In this document: positions 20,230-29,364 of the stretch, piece after piece
How the letters are laid out: every line of letters starts with the position of its first letter
How positions within the stretch are numbered: the stretch's first letter is position 1
Assembly: GCA_020635855.1 (NCBI GenBank)
Contig: JACJYZ010000004.1
Coordinates: 238,020-302,019, forward strand
Length of the DNA stretch: 64,000 nt
DNA from: Flavobacteriales bacterium
Lineage (GTDB): Bacteria; Bacteroidota; Bacteroidia; JACJYZ01
Reading direction: 5' to 3'
Notes under the pieces: model-generated
The model's input: only the letters and a program-made list of their open reading frames with translations
What the model was told of the DNA's origin: nothing
The model's database searches: none
Translations under genes and position numbers: made by a program

Positions 20230-21285
20230 TTGATTGACTTGGCAAAAGTACCAAATAATTTTTCCAGCACCCTACGCTTGTTGCGTACCTTCTCTCCGGC
20301 AGGCGTATACCTCTTGATGCTGCTTTTGGTTTCATGTACGCCAGATCGGTTTCATGTTAACGTGGATAACATCGATGTACATGTAAACATAGACAGGTTT
20401 GACAAAGACCTGTTTGATACCCTATCAGACAGCGTCCAGGGAAGAATCTCCTACCTGTCGCACAAATACGGAAGCTTTTTTGACATGTTCAGTTTCCGGA
20501 TCATTGCACCTGCCCGTGGCATTGCAGATCCAGGCTTCTCTTACAACCTTTCTTCGTTCACCACTCATCCCGATATGCGGGAAGCCTACAACCAATGTCA
20601 AAAGGTCTTTCCCGACTTATCCTGGCTGGAGAATGAGATGAGCCTGGCTTTCCGTCATTACAAATATTATTTCCCGGAAAAGAATGTGCCCCGTGTGATC
20701 GCTTTCATGTCTGGCTTTAATTACTCAGTAGCGGTAGACAGTGATTTCGTGGCAATCGGGTTGGAACGCTACCTCGGTCCGGATTGTGTTTTCTATCCTT
20801 CCCTGCAGTACCCGAAGTACATGACCGCCCATATGGACAAGCCCTACATCACACCGGACTGCATGCGTGCCTGGGCTTTGAGTGAATGGCCCCAACAGGG
20901 CAAGAAGAATTTCCTGGGGGAGATCATCTACAATGGCAAGCTGCTGTACTTCTTGCGCTCCATGATGCCGGACCTGCCCGATGCCATTTTGTTCCGCTAC
21001 ACCCCCGAAAAACTGGAATGGTGCAACGATCATGAAGCCTATGTCTGGGCTGAACTCATTGATGAGAAACTGCTATTTATTACCGAGGAGAAAAAAATTG
21101 TGGAATGGACTTCGGAGGCACCGTTCGTGCAAGGATTCACCCGAGAAGCACCAGATCGTGTCGGCAACTGGGTAGGATACCAGATCGTGAGCGCATACAT
21201 GGAACGTGAAAACGTGTCACTTGATCAACTGATGGGTGAACAGGATGCGCAAATGATTCTGGAAAAATCGCACTACAAGCCGTGA
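20230..21285 (+). CDS. gldB: Gliding motility lipoprotein GldB-like
   Basis: Lipoprotein signal (LLMLLLVSC). Conserved IDRFDKDLF motif near the N-terminus and the overall length (about 330-350 aa) are consistent with GldB family members. The assignment is from memory of family features. The exact start is uncertain. Confidence 0.55.
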   Translation: MIDLAKVPNNFSSTLRLLRTFSPAGVYLLMLLLVSCTPDRFHVNVDNIDVHVNIDRFDKDLFDTLSDSVQGRISYLSHKYGSFFDMFSFRIIAPARGIADPGFSYNLSSFTTHPDMREAYNQCQKVFPDLSWLENEMSLAFRHYKYYFPEKNVPRVIAFMSGFNYSVAVDSDFVAIGLERYLGPDCVFYPSLQYPKYMTAHMDKPYITPDCMRAWALSEWPQQGKKNFLGEIIYNGKLLYFLRSMMPDLPDAILFRYTPEKLEWCNDHEAYVWAELIDEKLLFITEEKKIVEWTSEAPFVQGFTREAPDRVGNWVGYQIVSAYMERENVSLDQLMGEQDAQMILEKSHYKP

Positions 21286-21295
21286 TCAGATCACG
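21281..21295. repeat. 15-bp palindrome (cgtgatc-a-gatcacg) containing the abutting stop codons of convergent gldB-like and paaE
   Basis: Direct reading. gldB stop TGA is at 21283-21285. paaE stop (reverse-complement tca) is at 21286-21288. Confidence 0.6.
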
Positions 21296-22374
21296 TCGTA
21301 CGTAATCACAACCTTTTCCGTAGCAGGATGCGACTGGCAGGTCAACACATAGCCTTCCGCTACCTCCCCATCCGATAAAGCGAAGTTCTTTTCCATGGTT
21401 ACCTTGCCCTCCAATACCTGTGCCTTACAGGTACAGCATACGGCACCCTTACACGAAAACGGGGCATCCACACCTGCATCCGATGCGGCGTCCAGGATGG
21501 ACATTCCGTTGGATGACAATTGAAATGAAAACGGCTCGTCATCCATGATCACGGTTACCTCCGATTCTATCACATCACCGGAAGGCTGAGATTCTCCTGC
21601 ACTTTCAGCACGTTTGAGGTCTTCCAACACGGCAGTAAAATACTCGATGTGCACCTTATCGTCAGAAACTCCTTCGGCGGCCAGAGCGGTTTTAATATGG
21701 TCCATCATCGGTCCCGGGCCACAAATGAAATACGCTTCGTTGCCCGAAGGCCTAACCAGATCGTTGAGTATCTGCGTAGCTTTCTCTACGGACATCATTC
21801 CCTGCAACAAGGATGGTGTGCCCGCCGGTGCCTCGTCGTAGACAAAATGAATGTGCAACCGGTCTGCATGCTCGGCAGCCATTTGTTTCAACGCTTCAGC
21901 AAAGATCACTGACGCCTCATCCCGGTTGGCATATACCAATGTAATCCGGCTCCGGGGTTCCTTTGCCAGAGCCGACTTCAATATTGAAAACATGGGCGTG
22001 ATTCCGCTTCCTCCTGCAAACAACACAAAATGACGCTCACGATCGGCTTGCATGGGGGTGTGAAAATTGCCCATCGGGGTCATCACCTCCACCACATCAC
22101 CCACCTTCACCGATTCATTCAGATAACCGGATACCCTTCCTCCCTGCACCCGTTTGGCCGCAATGCGCCATTCATTTTCCGTATCCGGACTGGAACAAAG
22201 AGAATATGACCGGCGCAATTCCTCACCCTTGAAATTGAACTTCAAGGTCAGGTACTGGCCCGGCAAATAAGCATAGGCATCCTTCAGATCCTCCGGTACA
22301 TCAAATGCCACGGAGACACAATCCGGTGTTTCTCTTCTCACGTCACGAACCTTCAGGGTATGAAATTTGGCCAT
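21286..22374 (-). CDS. paaE: Phenylacetyl-CoA 1,2-epoxidase reductase subunit (FNR-like flavin/NAD domain + C-terminal plant-type 2Fe-2S ferredoxin)
   Basis: FAD/NAD-binding ferredoxin reductase motifs (RSYSLCSS, GGSGITP) and a C-terminal 2Fe-2S cluster (CxxGxCxxC...C). Divergent from paaABCD. Confidence 0.85.
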   Translation of the reverse strand: MAKFHTLKVRDVRRETPDCVSVAFDVPEDLKDAYAYLPGQYLTLKFNFKGEELRRSYSLCSSPDTENEWRIAAKRVQGGRVSGYLNESVKVGDVVEVMTPMGNFHTPMQADRERHFVLFAGGSGITPMFSILKSALAKEPRSRITLVYANRDEASVIFAEALKQMAAEHADRLHIHFVYDEAPAGTPSLLQGMMSVEKATQILNDLVRPSGNEAYFICGPGPMMDHIKTALAAEGVSDDKVHIEYFTAVLEDLKRAESAGESQPSGDVIESEVTVIMDDEPFSFQLSSNGMSILDAASDAGVDAPFSCKGAVCCTCKAQVLEGKVTMEKNFALSDGEVAEGYVLTCQSHPATEKVVITYDVI

Positions 22375-22560
22375 AGCAGTATTAAAAATTGATGTGGTTA
22401 TGGGCGATAAAAATAACTTTTACGATGCACATTGAATCCTTTCGGAATCCCTGATGAAAATCATGGGACGGATTCTTATTTAACACATAATTTGCAAATG
22501 ACAAATATACAAAACATTATGCGCAATAATAGCACATAGCAAAGAATTATATATGTCTCT

Positions 22561-22590
22561 TTGAGTTAATAGTAAAATTATATACCTTTG
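22561..22590 (+). promoter_or_regulatory. Candidate Bacteroidetes sigma-A promoter for paaA (-33 TTG at 22561-22563; -7 TAcCTTTG at 22583-22590)
   Basis: Matches the Bacteroidetes consensus TTG-N19-TAnnTTTG about 80 nt upstream of the paaA ATG. It lies in an AT-rich 295-bp divergent intergenic region. Confidence 0.3.
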
Positions 22591-22669
22591 AGACAGGATC
22601 AAAAATGCATCGGAATCCTTAGCTTAGGAGGGTTCGTATCTAAGGTGAATCTGACTTCATATATATACC

Positions 22670-23608
22670 ATGGAAGAGAATAAAAGACTTGAAGCCTTCC
22701 AGGCAAAGATAGACCAGGAAGAAAAAATTGAACCCAAGGACTGGATGCCGGATGAGTACCGCAGGAACCTGATCCGACAGATCTCCCAACACGCGCACTC
22801 CGAGATCATCGGCATGCTGCCGGAGGGCAACTGGCTCTCAAGGGCTCCGAGCCTCCGCAGCAAAGTGGTGTTGCTGGCCAAGATCCAGGACGAGGGCGGT
22901 CATGGTTTGTACCTGTACAGTGCCACCGAAACCCTGGGCATCACCCGGGAGGAAATGATCGAACAGCTTCACACGGGCAAAGCCAAATATTCGAGCATCT
23001 TCAATTATCCTTCGCTGACATGGGCCGATATCGGCGCCATCGGCTGGCTGGTGGACGGTGCCGCCATCGTGAACCAGGTGTCTCTGCAACGTACGTCATA
23101 CGGACCTTATGCACGGGCGATGGTTCGCATCTGCAAGGAGGAAAGTTTTCATCAACGACAAGGCTACGAGATCATGGCCAAAATGGCCCAGGGTACTGCC
23201 GAGCAAAAAGCCATGGCACAAGATGCGCTGAACCGTTGGTGGTGGCCTTCGCTGATGATGTTCGGACCCCACGATGCTGAATCCGCCCACAGCCAGCAAT
23301 CCATCCAATGGAAAATCAAACGGGAGTCCAATGACGAATTGCGCCAGAAGTTCATCGACAAAACCGTGCAGCAGGCGGAAGTGGTCGGCCTCTCCATTCC
23401 CGATCCCAACCTGAAATGGAACGAAGCCCGGGGGCATTATGATTTCGGGGAGATCAACTGGGATGAATTCTGGAACGTGGTAAAAGGCAATGGCCCCTGC
23501 AACAAGGAAAGATTGGCCTCACACCAAAAAGCACATGACGACGGCGCGTGGGTGAGAGAAGCCGCCACCGCATACGCCGATAAAAAGAAAAAGAAGGCGG
23601 CCGCGTAA
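22670..23608 (+). CDS. paaA: 1,2-phenylacetyl-CoA epoxidase catalytic subunit A
   Basis: Di-iron carboxylate protein pattern and a typical PaaA N-terminus ([32 protein letters not shown]). Confidence 0.9.
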   Translation: MEENKRLEAFQAKIDQEEKIEPKDWMPDEYRRNLIRQISQHAHSEIIGMLPEGNWLSRAPSLRSKVVLLAKIQDEGGHGLYLYSATETLGITREEMIEQLHTGKAKYSSIFNYPSLTWADIGAIGWLVDGAAIVNQVSLQRTSYGPYARAMVRICKEESFHQRQGYEIMAKMAQGTAEQKAMAQDALNRWWWPSLMMFGPHDAESAHSQQSIQWKIKRESNDELRQKFIDKTVQQAEVVGLSIPDPNLKWNEARGHYDFGEINWDEFWNVVKGNGPCNKERLASHQKAHDDGAWVREAATAYADKKKKKAAA

Positions 23609-23642
23609 TCCGGCGGTCCGAACCACATCAACTGAAATTACC

Positions 23643-23936
23643 ATGAGTACACAAGACAACCAATGGCCTCTGTGGGAGGTCTTCATCCAAAGCAAGACCG
23701 GGCTTCCCTACAAACATGCCGGAAGCGTACATGCACCCGACGGGGAAATGGCGCTGCAGAATGCCAGGGATACCTATACCCGACGCATGGAAGGCTCCAG
23801 CATCTGGGTGGTCCCATCCAGCGCAATCGTGGCTTCCACACCGGAAGATGTAGGATCCTTTTTCGACCCTGCCAACGACAAGGTGTACCGTCATCCGACA
23901 TTTTACGTCATGCCCGAGGGCGCACAGCACATTTAA
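23643..23936 (+). CDS. paaB: 1,2-phenylacetyl-CoA epoxidase subunit B
   Basis: 97-aa protein with the PaaB signature (WPLWEVF...GLPYKHAGSVHAPD). Confidence 0.9.
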   Translation: MSTQDNQWPLWEVFIQSKTGLPYKHAGSVHAPDGEMALQNARDTYTRRMEGSSIWVVPSSAIVASTPEDVGSFFDPANDKVYRHPTFYVMPEGAQHI

Positions 23937-23946
23937 TCCGATCGCC

Positions 23947-24708
23947 ATGGATACACAACAAGCTTTGTTCACTTACTGTCTGCGTCTCGCCGACAATTCC
24001 CTGGTACTCGGCAACCGACTGAGTGAATGGTGTGGTCATGCACCCATTCTCGAAGAAGACCTGGCCCTGGCCAACATCGCATTGGATAAGATCGGTCAGG
24101 CAAGAACCCTGTTCCAATATGCCGGAGAAGTGGAAGGCAAAGGCCGATCTGAAGACGACCTGGCCTACCGGAGAAGTGAACGCGAATTCTTCAACACCCT
24201 GCTGGCAGAATTACCCAAAGGCGACTTTGCTTTCACCATCGTGAGGCAATTGCTGAACGATACGTTCGACCAGTTGCTGTACCGCGCCTTGTCAAACAGC
24301 AAAGACGAAACCCTGAAAGCATTTGCCGTGAAATCCCTGAAGGAGGTTGATTACCATGTACGCCACATCAACCAATGGATGCTGCGCCTCGGCGATGGAA
24401 CAGAAGAAAGTCACCGGCGCGTTCAACAGGCATTGGATGACCTATGGCCCTATTCCGGCGAGCTGTTTGAAATGGATGAAGTGGATCGGATCATGATTTC
24501 CGAAGGCATCGGTGTTGACCTGAATGAACTTCGCGCTCCCTGGAACAAAGCCATTCAGGACATACTCACCGAAGCCACCCTGACCCAACCTGAAGACGGA
24601 TGGATGCATACCGGCGGGAAACGGGAAGGAAGGCATTCCGAACACCTCGGCTTTATGCTGGCGGAAATGCAGTTCTTACCCAGGGCCTATCCTGACGCCA
24701 AGTGGTAA
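23947..24708 (+). CDS. paaC: 1,2-phenylacetyl-CoA epoxidase subunit C
   Basis: Ferritin-like PaaC/PaaI-old pattern (LADNSLVLGNRLSEWCGHAPILEEDLALANIALD). Confidence 0.85.
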   Translation: MDTQQALFTYCLRLADNSLVLGNRLSEWCGHAPILEEDLALANIALDKIGQARTLFQYAGEVEGKGRSEDDLAYRRSEREFFNTLLAELPKGDFAFTIVRQLLNDTFDQLLYRALSNSKDETLKAFAVKSLKEVDYHVRHINQWMLRLGDGTEESHRRVQQALDDLWPYSGELFEMDEVDRIMISEGIGVDLNELRAPWNKAIQDILTEATLTQPEDGWMHTGGKREGRHSEHLGFMLAEMQFLPRAYPDAKW

Positions 24709-25193
24709 ACCCAACCCCGGAATTGATCTGGCAAGTACTATCGGAATTGCCCGACCCCGAGATCCCGGTCATCAGCATCGTGGAGCTCGGTATGGTGCGC
24801 GATGTTCAGGTGAATGAAAACGATGTGGTGGTCACCATCACCCCCACCTATTCCGGATGCCCGGCTACCCAGATGATTCGGGACGATATTGAAAGTAAAC
24901 TCAAGGAAATGGGTGTACAAAGCCCCATCATCCGGACCGTGATTTCTCCCGCCTGGACCACCGACTGGATCACAGATGAAGCAAGAAAAAAACTGATGGA
25001 TTATGGGATCAGTCCCCCACCGTATGCCACCGAAGACAAGGGAGCGCTCCTCGGCAAACCGAAACACGTGATATGCCCGCATTGCAAATCCGAACATACC
25101 CATCTCAAAAGCCAGTTCGGATCAACTCCGTGCAAAGCTTTGTATGTTTGTGATGATTGCCGGGAACCGTTCGATTACTTTAAGTGTATTTAA
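24702..25193 (+). CDS. paaD: Phenylacetate-CoA oxygenase subunit PaaD (SufT/DUF59-like)
   Basis: DPEIP...ISIVELGMVRDV is the hallmark DUF59/PaaD motif. GTG start overlaps the paaC stop by 7 nt. Confidence 0.8.
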   Translation: MVNPTPELIWQVLSELPDPEIPVISIVELGMVRDVQVNENDVVVTITPTYSGCPATQMIRDDIESKLKEMGVQSPIIRTVISPAWTTDWITDEARKKLMDYGISPPPYATEDKGALLGKPKHVICPHCKSEHTHLKSQFGSTPCKALYVCDDCREPFDYFKCI

Positions 25194-25200
25194 TGATTGT

Positions 25201-25231
25201 TGGTTATTAGTTGGTAGTTATTGGTTATTGG
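25201..25231. repeat. Left arm of a perfect 31-bp inverted repeat flanking the four-helix-bundle gene (tggttattagttggtagttattggttattgg)
   Basis: Exact reverse-complement match to 25720-25750, verified base by base. Confidence 0.9.
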
Positions 25232-25355
25232 TAACCGGGAAACATCCAAGTTGAAAAATGAATTTATAAGTATAGTCGATTATAAACAATTAAAAACCGG
25301 CTCACACTGGGAGACTACATTAACATTGCAGATTCAGAAACAAACTTCACCTGCT

Positions 25356-25733
25356 ATGGAAAAAGTTTCCTCATACACAGATTTAGAGGTATGGAAAATC
25401 AGCCGATCGCTGGTAAGCGACATTTATGAACTTACAACTGGCTTCCCCTCGTCAGAAATGTTTGGCATAACCAATCAAATGCGCAGGTGTGTGGTTTCAA
25501 TACCCTCTAATATTGCTGAAGGATGCGGCAGACAACAGCCCAAAGATTGCATGCGTTTTTTTTCCATTGCCCGTGGTTCTCTTTATGAACTTGAAACACA
25601 ATTGTACTTATCATTGGATTTAAAGTTTATTTCATCGCAATCCCTGGTATCAACCATGAATAAAGTTATCACTTGCAAACGATTGTTAAACGGGTTCATC
25701 AACTATTACCACCGATTAGCCAATAACCAATAA
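25356..25733 (+). CDS. Four-helix-bundle protein (23S rRNA intervening-sequence protein family, PF05635-like)
   Basis: MEKVSSYTDLEVWKISRSLVSDIYELT...PSNIAEGCGRQQPKD...ARGSLYELETQL is the family signature. The gene is about 42% GC inside an operon of about 57% GC. Its stop codon lies inside the right inverted repeat. Confidence 0.85.
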   Translation: MEKVSSYTDLEVWKISRSLVSDIYELTTGFPSSEMFGITNQMRRCVVSIPSNIAEGCGRQQPKDCMRFFSIARGSLYELETQLYLSLDLKFISSQSLVSTMNKVITCKRLLNGFINYYHRLANNQ

Positions 25734-25750
25734 CTACCAACTAATAACCA
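25720..25750. repeat. Right arm of the 31-bp inverted repeat (ccaataaccaataactaccaactaataacca)
   Basis: Exact reverse complement of 25201-25231. Confidence 0.9.
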
Positions 25751-25772
25751 GTATCCAAAACCACAAACTCAA

Positions 25773-26549
25773 GTGTACCAACATATCCTCTTCGAAACCC
25801 GAAACAACGTCGCCCACCTCACCCTCAACCGCCCTGACGCACTCAATAGTTTTCACACAGGCATGGCAAAGGAGGTGCAGGCCGCACTTGACATATGCGC
25901 ATCCGATCAGGGCATCCGTGCCGTTTGCCTCACCGGAGCCGGACGTGGATTCTGTGCCGGACAGGATCTTGCAGAAGCCATCGAACCCGGAACCGATCTC
26001 GCCGGCATTGTTCGCAACACATACAACCCCATCATCCTGAAAATCCGCCGACTCGAAAAACCAGTGGTATGCGCTGTGAATGGTGTGGCTGCCGGCGCCG
26101 GTGCCAACATCGCTTTTGCATGCGACATCACCCTTGCCGCCGAAAGCGCTCCCTTCATCCAATCTTTCGCCAACATCGGACTCATACCAGATAGTGCCGG
26201 CACCTATTTTTTACCGCGCCTGGTGGGTTTGCAGAAAGCCACTGCCATGGCCATGCTGGCGGAAAAGATCAAAGCGGGGGAAGCGGCAGACCTGGGGCTC
26301 ATTTACAAAGCCGTGCCGGACGATCTGCTGATCAACGAAGCCACTGCCCTTGCCGAAAAACTTGCTGGCATGCCCACACGCGGATTGGGGCTCACGAAAC
26401 GAGCATTCCTGGCCGGCTTTAACAACACACTCGAACAACAACTGGAACTCGAAGAGCAACTGCAGGCGGAAGCCGGAACAACCGCCGATCACAAAGAAGG
26501 TGTACAAGCCTTCCTCGAAAAAAGAAAACCTGCATTCAAAGGTGCATAA
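25773..26549 (+). CDS. paaG: Enoyl-CoA hydratase/isomerase PaaG (1,2-epoxyphenylacetyl-CoA isomerase)
   Basis: Crotonase-fold motifs (AHLTLNRPDALNSF, CLTGAGRGFCAGQDL). Position in the paa cluster. Confidence 0.8.
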   Translation: MYQHILFETRNNVAHLTLNRPDALNSFHTGMAKEVQAALDICASDQGIRAVCLTGAGRGFCAGQDLAEAIEPGTDLAGIVRNTYNPIILKIRRLEKPVVCAVNGVAAGAGANIAFACDITLAAESAPFIQSFANIGLIPDSAGTYFLPRLVGLQKATAMAMLAEKIKAGEAADLGLIYKAVPDDLLINEATALAEKLAGMPTRGLGLTKRAFLAGFNNTLEQQLELEEQLQAEAGTTADHKEGVQAFLEKRKPAFKGA

Positions 26550-26550
26550 C

Positions 26551-27720
26551 ATGAATACAAAAATCCCCGTCGGCGTTATCGGTGCCGGCACCATGGGAAG
26601 CGGCATCGCCCAGGTAGCTGCCACATACGGGCATCCAACCATCCTGTACGACACCCAACCCGAAGCCTTGAAAAAGGCCAGGGAAAGTCTGGATAAAATC
26701 CTGCAACGTCTCGCAGAAAAAGGAAAGATCAGCAGCGATGAGGCCGCTGCCATCTCCGGCCGCATCACCTATGCCAGCGACCTGTCGGCATTCCGGTCCT
26801 GCGGCATGGTGATCGAAGCCATCGTGGAAAAGCTGGAAGTAAAGCAAACCGTGTTCGCCGAACTGGAACAACATACCGGAGAGCGCTGTATCCTCGCCAC
26901 CAATACATCCTCCCTTTCCATCACCTCCATCGCCGGCGGATGCACACACCCCGAGCGGGTGATCGGTGTGCATTTTTTCAACCCGGCCCCGCTGATGCCC
27001 CTGGTTGAAATCATTCCTGCCCTGCAGACCGGAACTGATGTGGTCACTTTCACACGCCAACTGATCGAAGGATGGAAAAAAACCACGGTGCTTGCAAAAG
27101 ACACACCGGGCTTTATCGTGAACCGCATCGCACGCCCTTTTTATGGAGAGTCGATCCGGATCTACGAAGAAGGTCTGGCCGATTTCGTCACCATCGACCA
27201 TGCCCTGAAAGAAGTGGGTGGCTTCCGGATGGGGCCGTTCGAACTGATGGACCTGATCGGCAATGATGTGAACTTCGCCGTGACCGAAACCGTGTTCCGC
27301 GAATTTTTCTTCGACCCGCGTTACCGGCCATCCTTCACACAAAAGCGACTCGTGGAAGCTCGGCGGTTCGGAAGAAAATCCGGACATGGGTACTACGATT
27401 ACCGTGAAGGCGCATCCATGCCCCAACCGGCACAAGACCCTGAACTTGCCAAAACCATCTTTTACCGCGTCGTGGCCATGCTGATCAATGAAGCGACGGA
27501 TGCGCTCTTCCTGAACATCGCCAGCGCTGAAGACATCGACCTGGCCATGACCCGGGGCGTGAACTATCCGAAGGGATTGCTTCGCTGGGCGGATGAACTC
27601 GGAGCAGAGAACGTGCTGAATGTGCTTGAAGATCTCTTCAATATGTATGGTGAGGATCGCTACAGGCCCAGTCCGCTCCTCCGGGTCATGGCGCAACAAC
27701 AAAAAAACTTTTTCGAATGA
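26551..27720 (+). CDS. paaH: 3-hydroxyadipyl-CoA dehydrogenase PaaH (3-hydroxyacyl-CoA dehydrogenase family)
   Basis: NAD-binding GVIGAGTMGSGIA motif. Start ATG at 26551 is immediately after the paaG stop. The ORF-track 5' extension to 26350 overlaps paaG and is rejected. Confidence 0.8.
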   Translation: MNTKIPVGVIGAGTMGSGIAQVAATYGHPTILYDTQPEALKKARESLDKILQRLAEKGKISSDEAAAISGRITYASDLSAFRSCGMVIEAIVEKLEVKQTVFAELEQHTGERCILATNTSSLSITSIAGGCTHPERVIGVHFFNPAPLMPLVEIIPALQTGTDVVTFTRQLIEGWKKTTVLAKDTPGFIVNRIARPFYGESIRIYEEGLADFVTIDHALKEVGGFRMGPFELMDLIGNDVNFAVTETVFREFFFDPRYRPSFTQKRLVEARRFGRKSGHGYYDYREGASMPQPAQDPELAKTIFYRVVAMLINEATDALFLNIASAEDIDLAMTRGVNYPKGLLRWADELGAENVLNVLEDLFNMYGEDRYRPSPLLRVMAQQQKNFFE

Positions 27721-28139
27721 CACAGCAATCGCAAGGAAGTGCCATTGTAAACAGGATGATGAAAGACGATGCCTTCAGCCGATGGCTGGGCATTGAAGTA
27801 ATTGAATCAGGTCCGGGCTTGTCCGTATTGCGCATGAAAGTGCGAGCAGAAATGATGAACGGCTTTGGTGTGGGGCACGGCGGGATCACCTTTTCACTGG
27901 CCGACAGTGCACTTGCATTTGCATCCAACGCACACGGGCGCCTCAGCCTGGCGCTGGAAGTATCCATTTCATTTCCCACACCGGTGCACGAAGGAGACAC
28001 ACTGACCGCCCACGCGGAAGAACTCAGCCTGACCAACCGCACCGGACTTTACCTGATTACCGTTACCAACCAACACGAGGAAAAAGTGGCGGTATTCAAG
28101 GGAACCGTGTATCGCACCAGCAAAGAATGGGAGGTTTGA
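27717..28139 (+). CDS. paaI: Hydroxyphenylacetyl-CoA thioesterase PaaI (hotdog fold)
   Basis: Hotdog thioesterase motif (NGFGVGHGGITFSLADSALAFA). 4-nt overlap with paaH. Confidence 0.8.
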   Translation: MTQQSQGSAIVNRMMKDDAFSRWLGIEVIESGPGLSVLRMKVRAEMMNGFGVGHGGITFSLADSALAFASNAHGRLSLALEVSISFPTPVHEGDTLTAHAEELSLTNRTGLYLITVTNQHEEKVAVFKGTVYRTSKEWEV

Positions 28140-28158
28140 CCGCTCCAAATCAACACAT

Positions 28159-29364
28159 ATGAAAGAAGCATTTATCATTGACGCTGTTCGCACCCCGATC
28201 GGAAATTTCGGAGGCAGCCTTGCACCGGTTCGTGCCGATGACCTGGCCGCCCACGTGATCCGAGAACTGATGAAACGTCATCCCGACCTTCAGGCAAACG
28301 CCATCGACGATGTGATCATGGGATGTGCCAACCAGGCCGGCGAAGACAACCGCAATGTAGCGCGCATGGCCTTGTTGCTTGGCGGACTTCCTTATACCGT
28401 GCCCGGCGAAACGGTGAACCGATTGTGTGCATCCGGCATGTCGGCAGTGATACATGCCAACCGTGCCATCAAAGCGGGAGACGGAGATGTGTTCATTGCC
28501 GGTGGCGTGGAACACATGACGCGCGGCCCCTGGGTGATTTCCAAGGTATCCAAACCGTGGGGGCGTGACGCGGAAATGCATGACTCAAGCTTCGGATGGC
28601 GCTTCGTGAACCCTAAGATGAAAGAAATGTATGGCACCGATGGCATGGGTGAAACCGCCGAAAACCTGTTGGACCTGAAAGCGATTTCCAGGGAAGATCA
28701 GGATCGTTTCGCCTACAGGTCGCATCAAAAGGCCCATGCCGCTCGCACATCCGGAAGGCTGGCAAAAGAGATCGCACCGGTGCCGATTCCGCAACGAAAA
28801 GGAGATCCGGTGATGTTCGCAGAAGATGAATTCATCAAACCCGAAACTACACCGGAAGTACTTGCACAATTGCGCCCGGCATTCCGGAAAGACGGAAGCG
28901 TGACCGCAGGCAATGCCTCCGGTTTGAATGACGGCGCCGCAGCCATGCTGGTTGCGTCGGATGAAGGTGTGAAGCGGTACGGCCTGAAACCGGTTGCGCG
29001 CATCGTGGCATCCGGTGTGGCGGGCGTTGAACCACGAATCATGGGCATCGGTCCGGTGAACGCTTCTGCCATCGCCTTGAAACGGGCCAGCCTTACCCTG
29101 GCTGACATGGACATCCTGGAACTGAATGAAGCTTTCGCCGCACAAGTGTTATCCTGCACCAGAACCTGGGACATTGACGACGAAGATGACAGGTTGAACC
29201 CGAACGGTGGGGCCATCGCAATGGGCCATCCGCTGGGCATGTCGGGCACCCGCATCCTGCAAACCGCTGCACTTCAGCTGCAGGAAACAGGCAAACGCTA
29301 TGCGCTGGTGACCATGTGCATCGGGGTTGGACAAGGCTACGCAACGATCATTGAGCGCTGCTGA
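28159..29364 (+). CDS. paaJ: 3-oxoadipyl-CoA thiolase PaaJ (beta-ketoadipyl-CoA thiolase)
   Basis: Thiolase motifs (NRLCASGMSAV active-site Cys region, C-terminal GGAIAMGHPLGMSGTR, CIGVGQG). Confidence 0.85.
   Translation: MKEAFIIDAVRTPIGNFGGSLAPVRADDLAAHVIRELMKRHPDLQANAIDDVIMGCANQAGEDNRNVARMALLLGGLPYTVPGETVNRLCASGMSAVIHANRAIKAGDGDVFIAGGVEHMTRGPWVISKVSKPWGRDAEMHDSSFGWRFVNPKMKEMYGTDGMGETAENLLDLKAISREDQDRFAYRSHQKAHAARTSGRLAKEIAPVPIPQRKGDPVMFAEDEFIKPETTPEVLAQLRPAFRKDGSVTAGNASGLNDGAAAMLVASDEGVKRYGLKPVARIVASGVAGVEPRIMGIGPVNASAIALKRASLTLADMDILELNEAFAAQVLSCTRTWDIDDEDDRLNPNGGAIAMGHPLGMSGTRILQTAALQLQETGKRYALVTMCIGVGQGYATIIERC

Noticed and set aside
22375-22669. AT-rich 295-bp region between paaE and paaA as a possible IS remnant or small RNA gene
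   Set aside because: There are no terminal inverted repeats or ORF. The composition and a consensus-like TTG/TAcCTTTG element fit a divergent promoter region better. A weak attat-gcgca-ataat palindrome may be an operator, but the support is too slight to call.
26350-26550. Upstream extension of paaH overlapping paaG
   Set aside because: The canonical NAD-binding N-terminus begins at ATG 26551, immediately after the paaG stop. The extension has no conserved features.
26536-27723. 395-aa antisense ORF opposite paaH, and similar long antisense ORFs opposite sucA (14554..15309), the BNR gene (12387..13118, 12847..13488), trpS (4779..5381), korA (59910..60419) and korB (61482..62162)
   Set aside because: All lie antisense to genes with strong, recognisable protein signatures. 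Long stop-free antisense frames are expected at about 55-60% GC. None has identifiable motifs.
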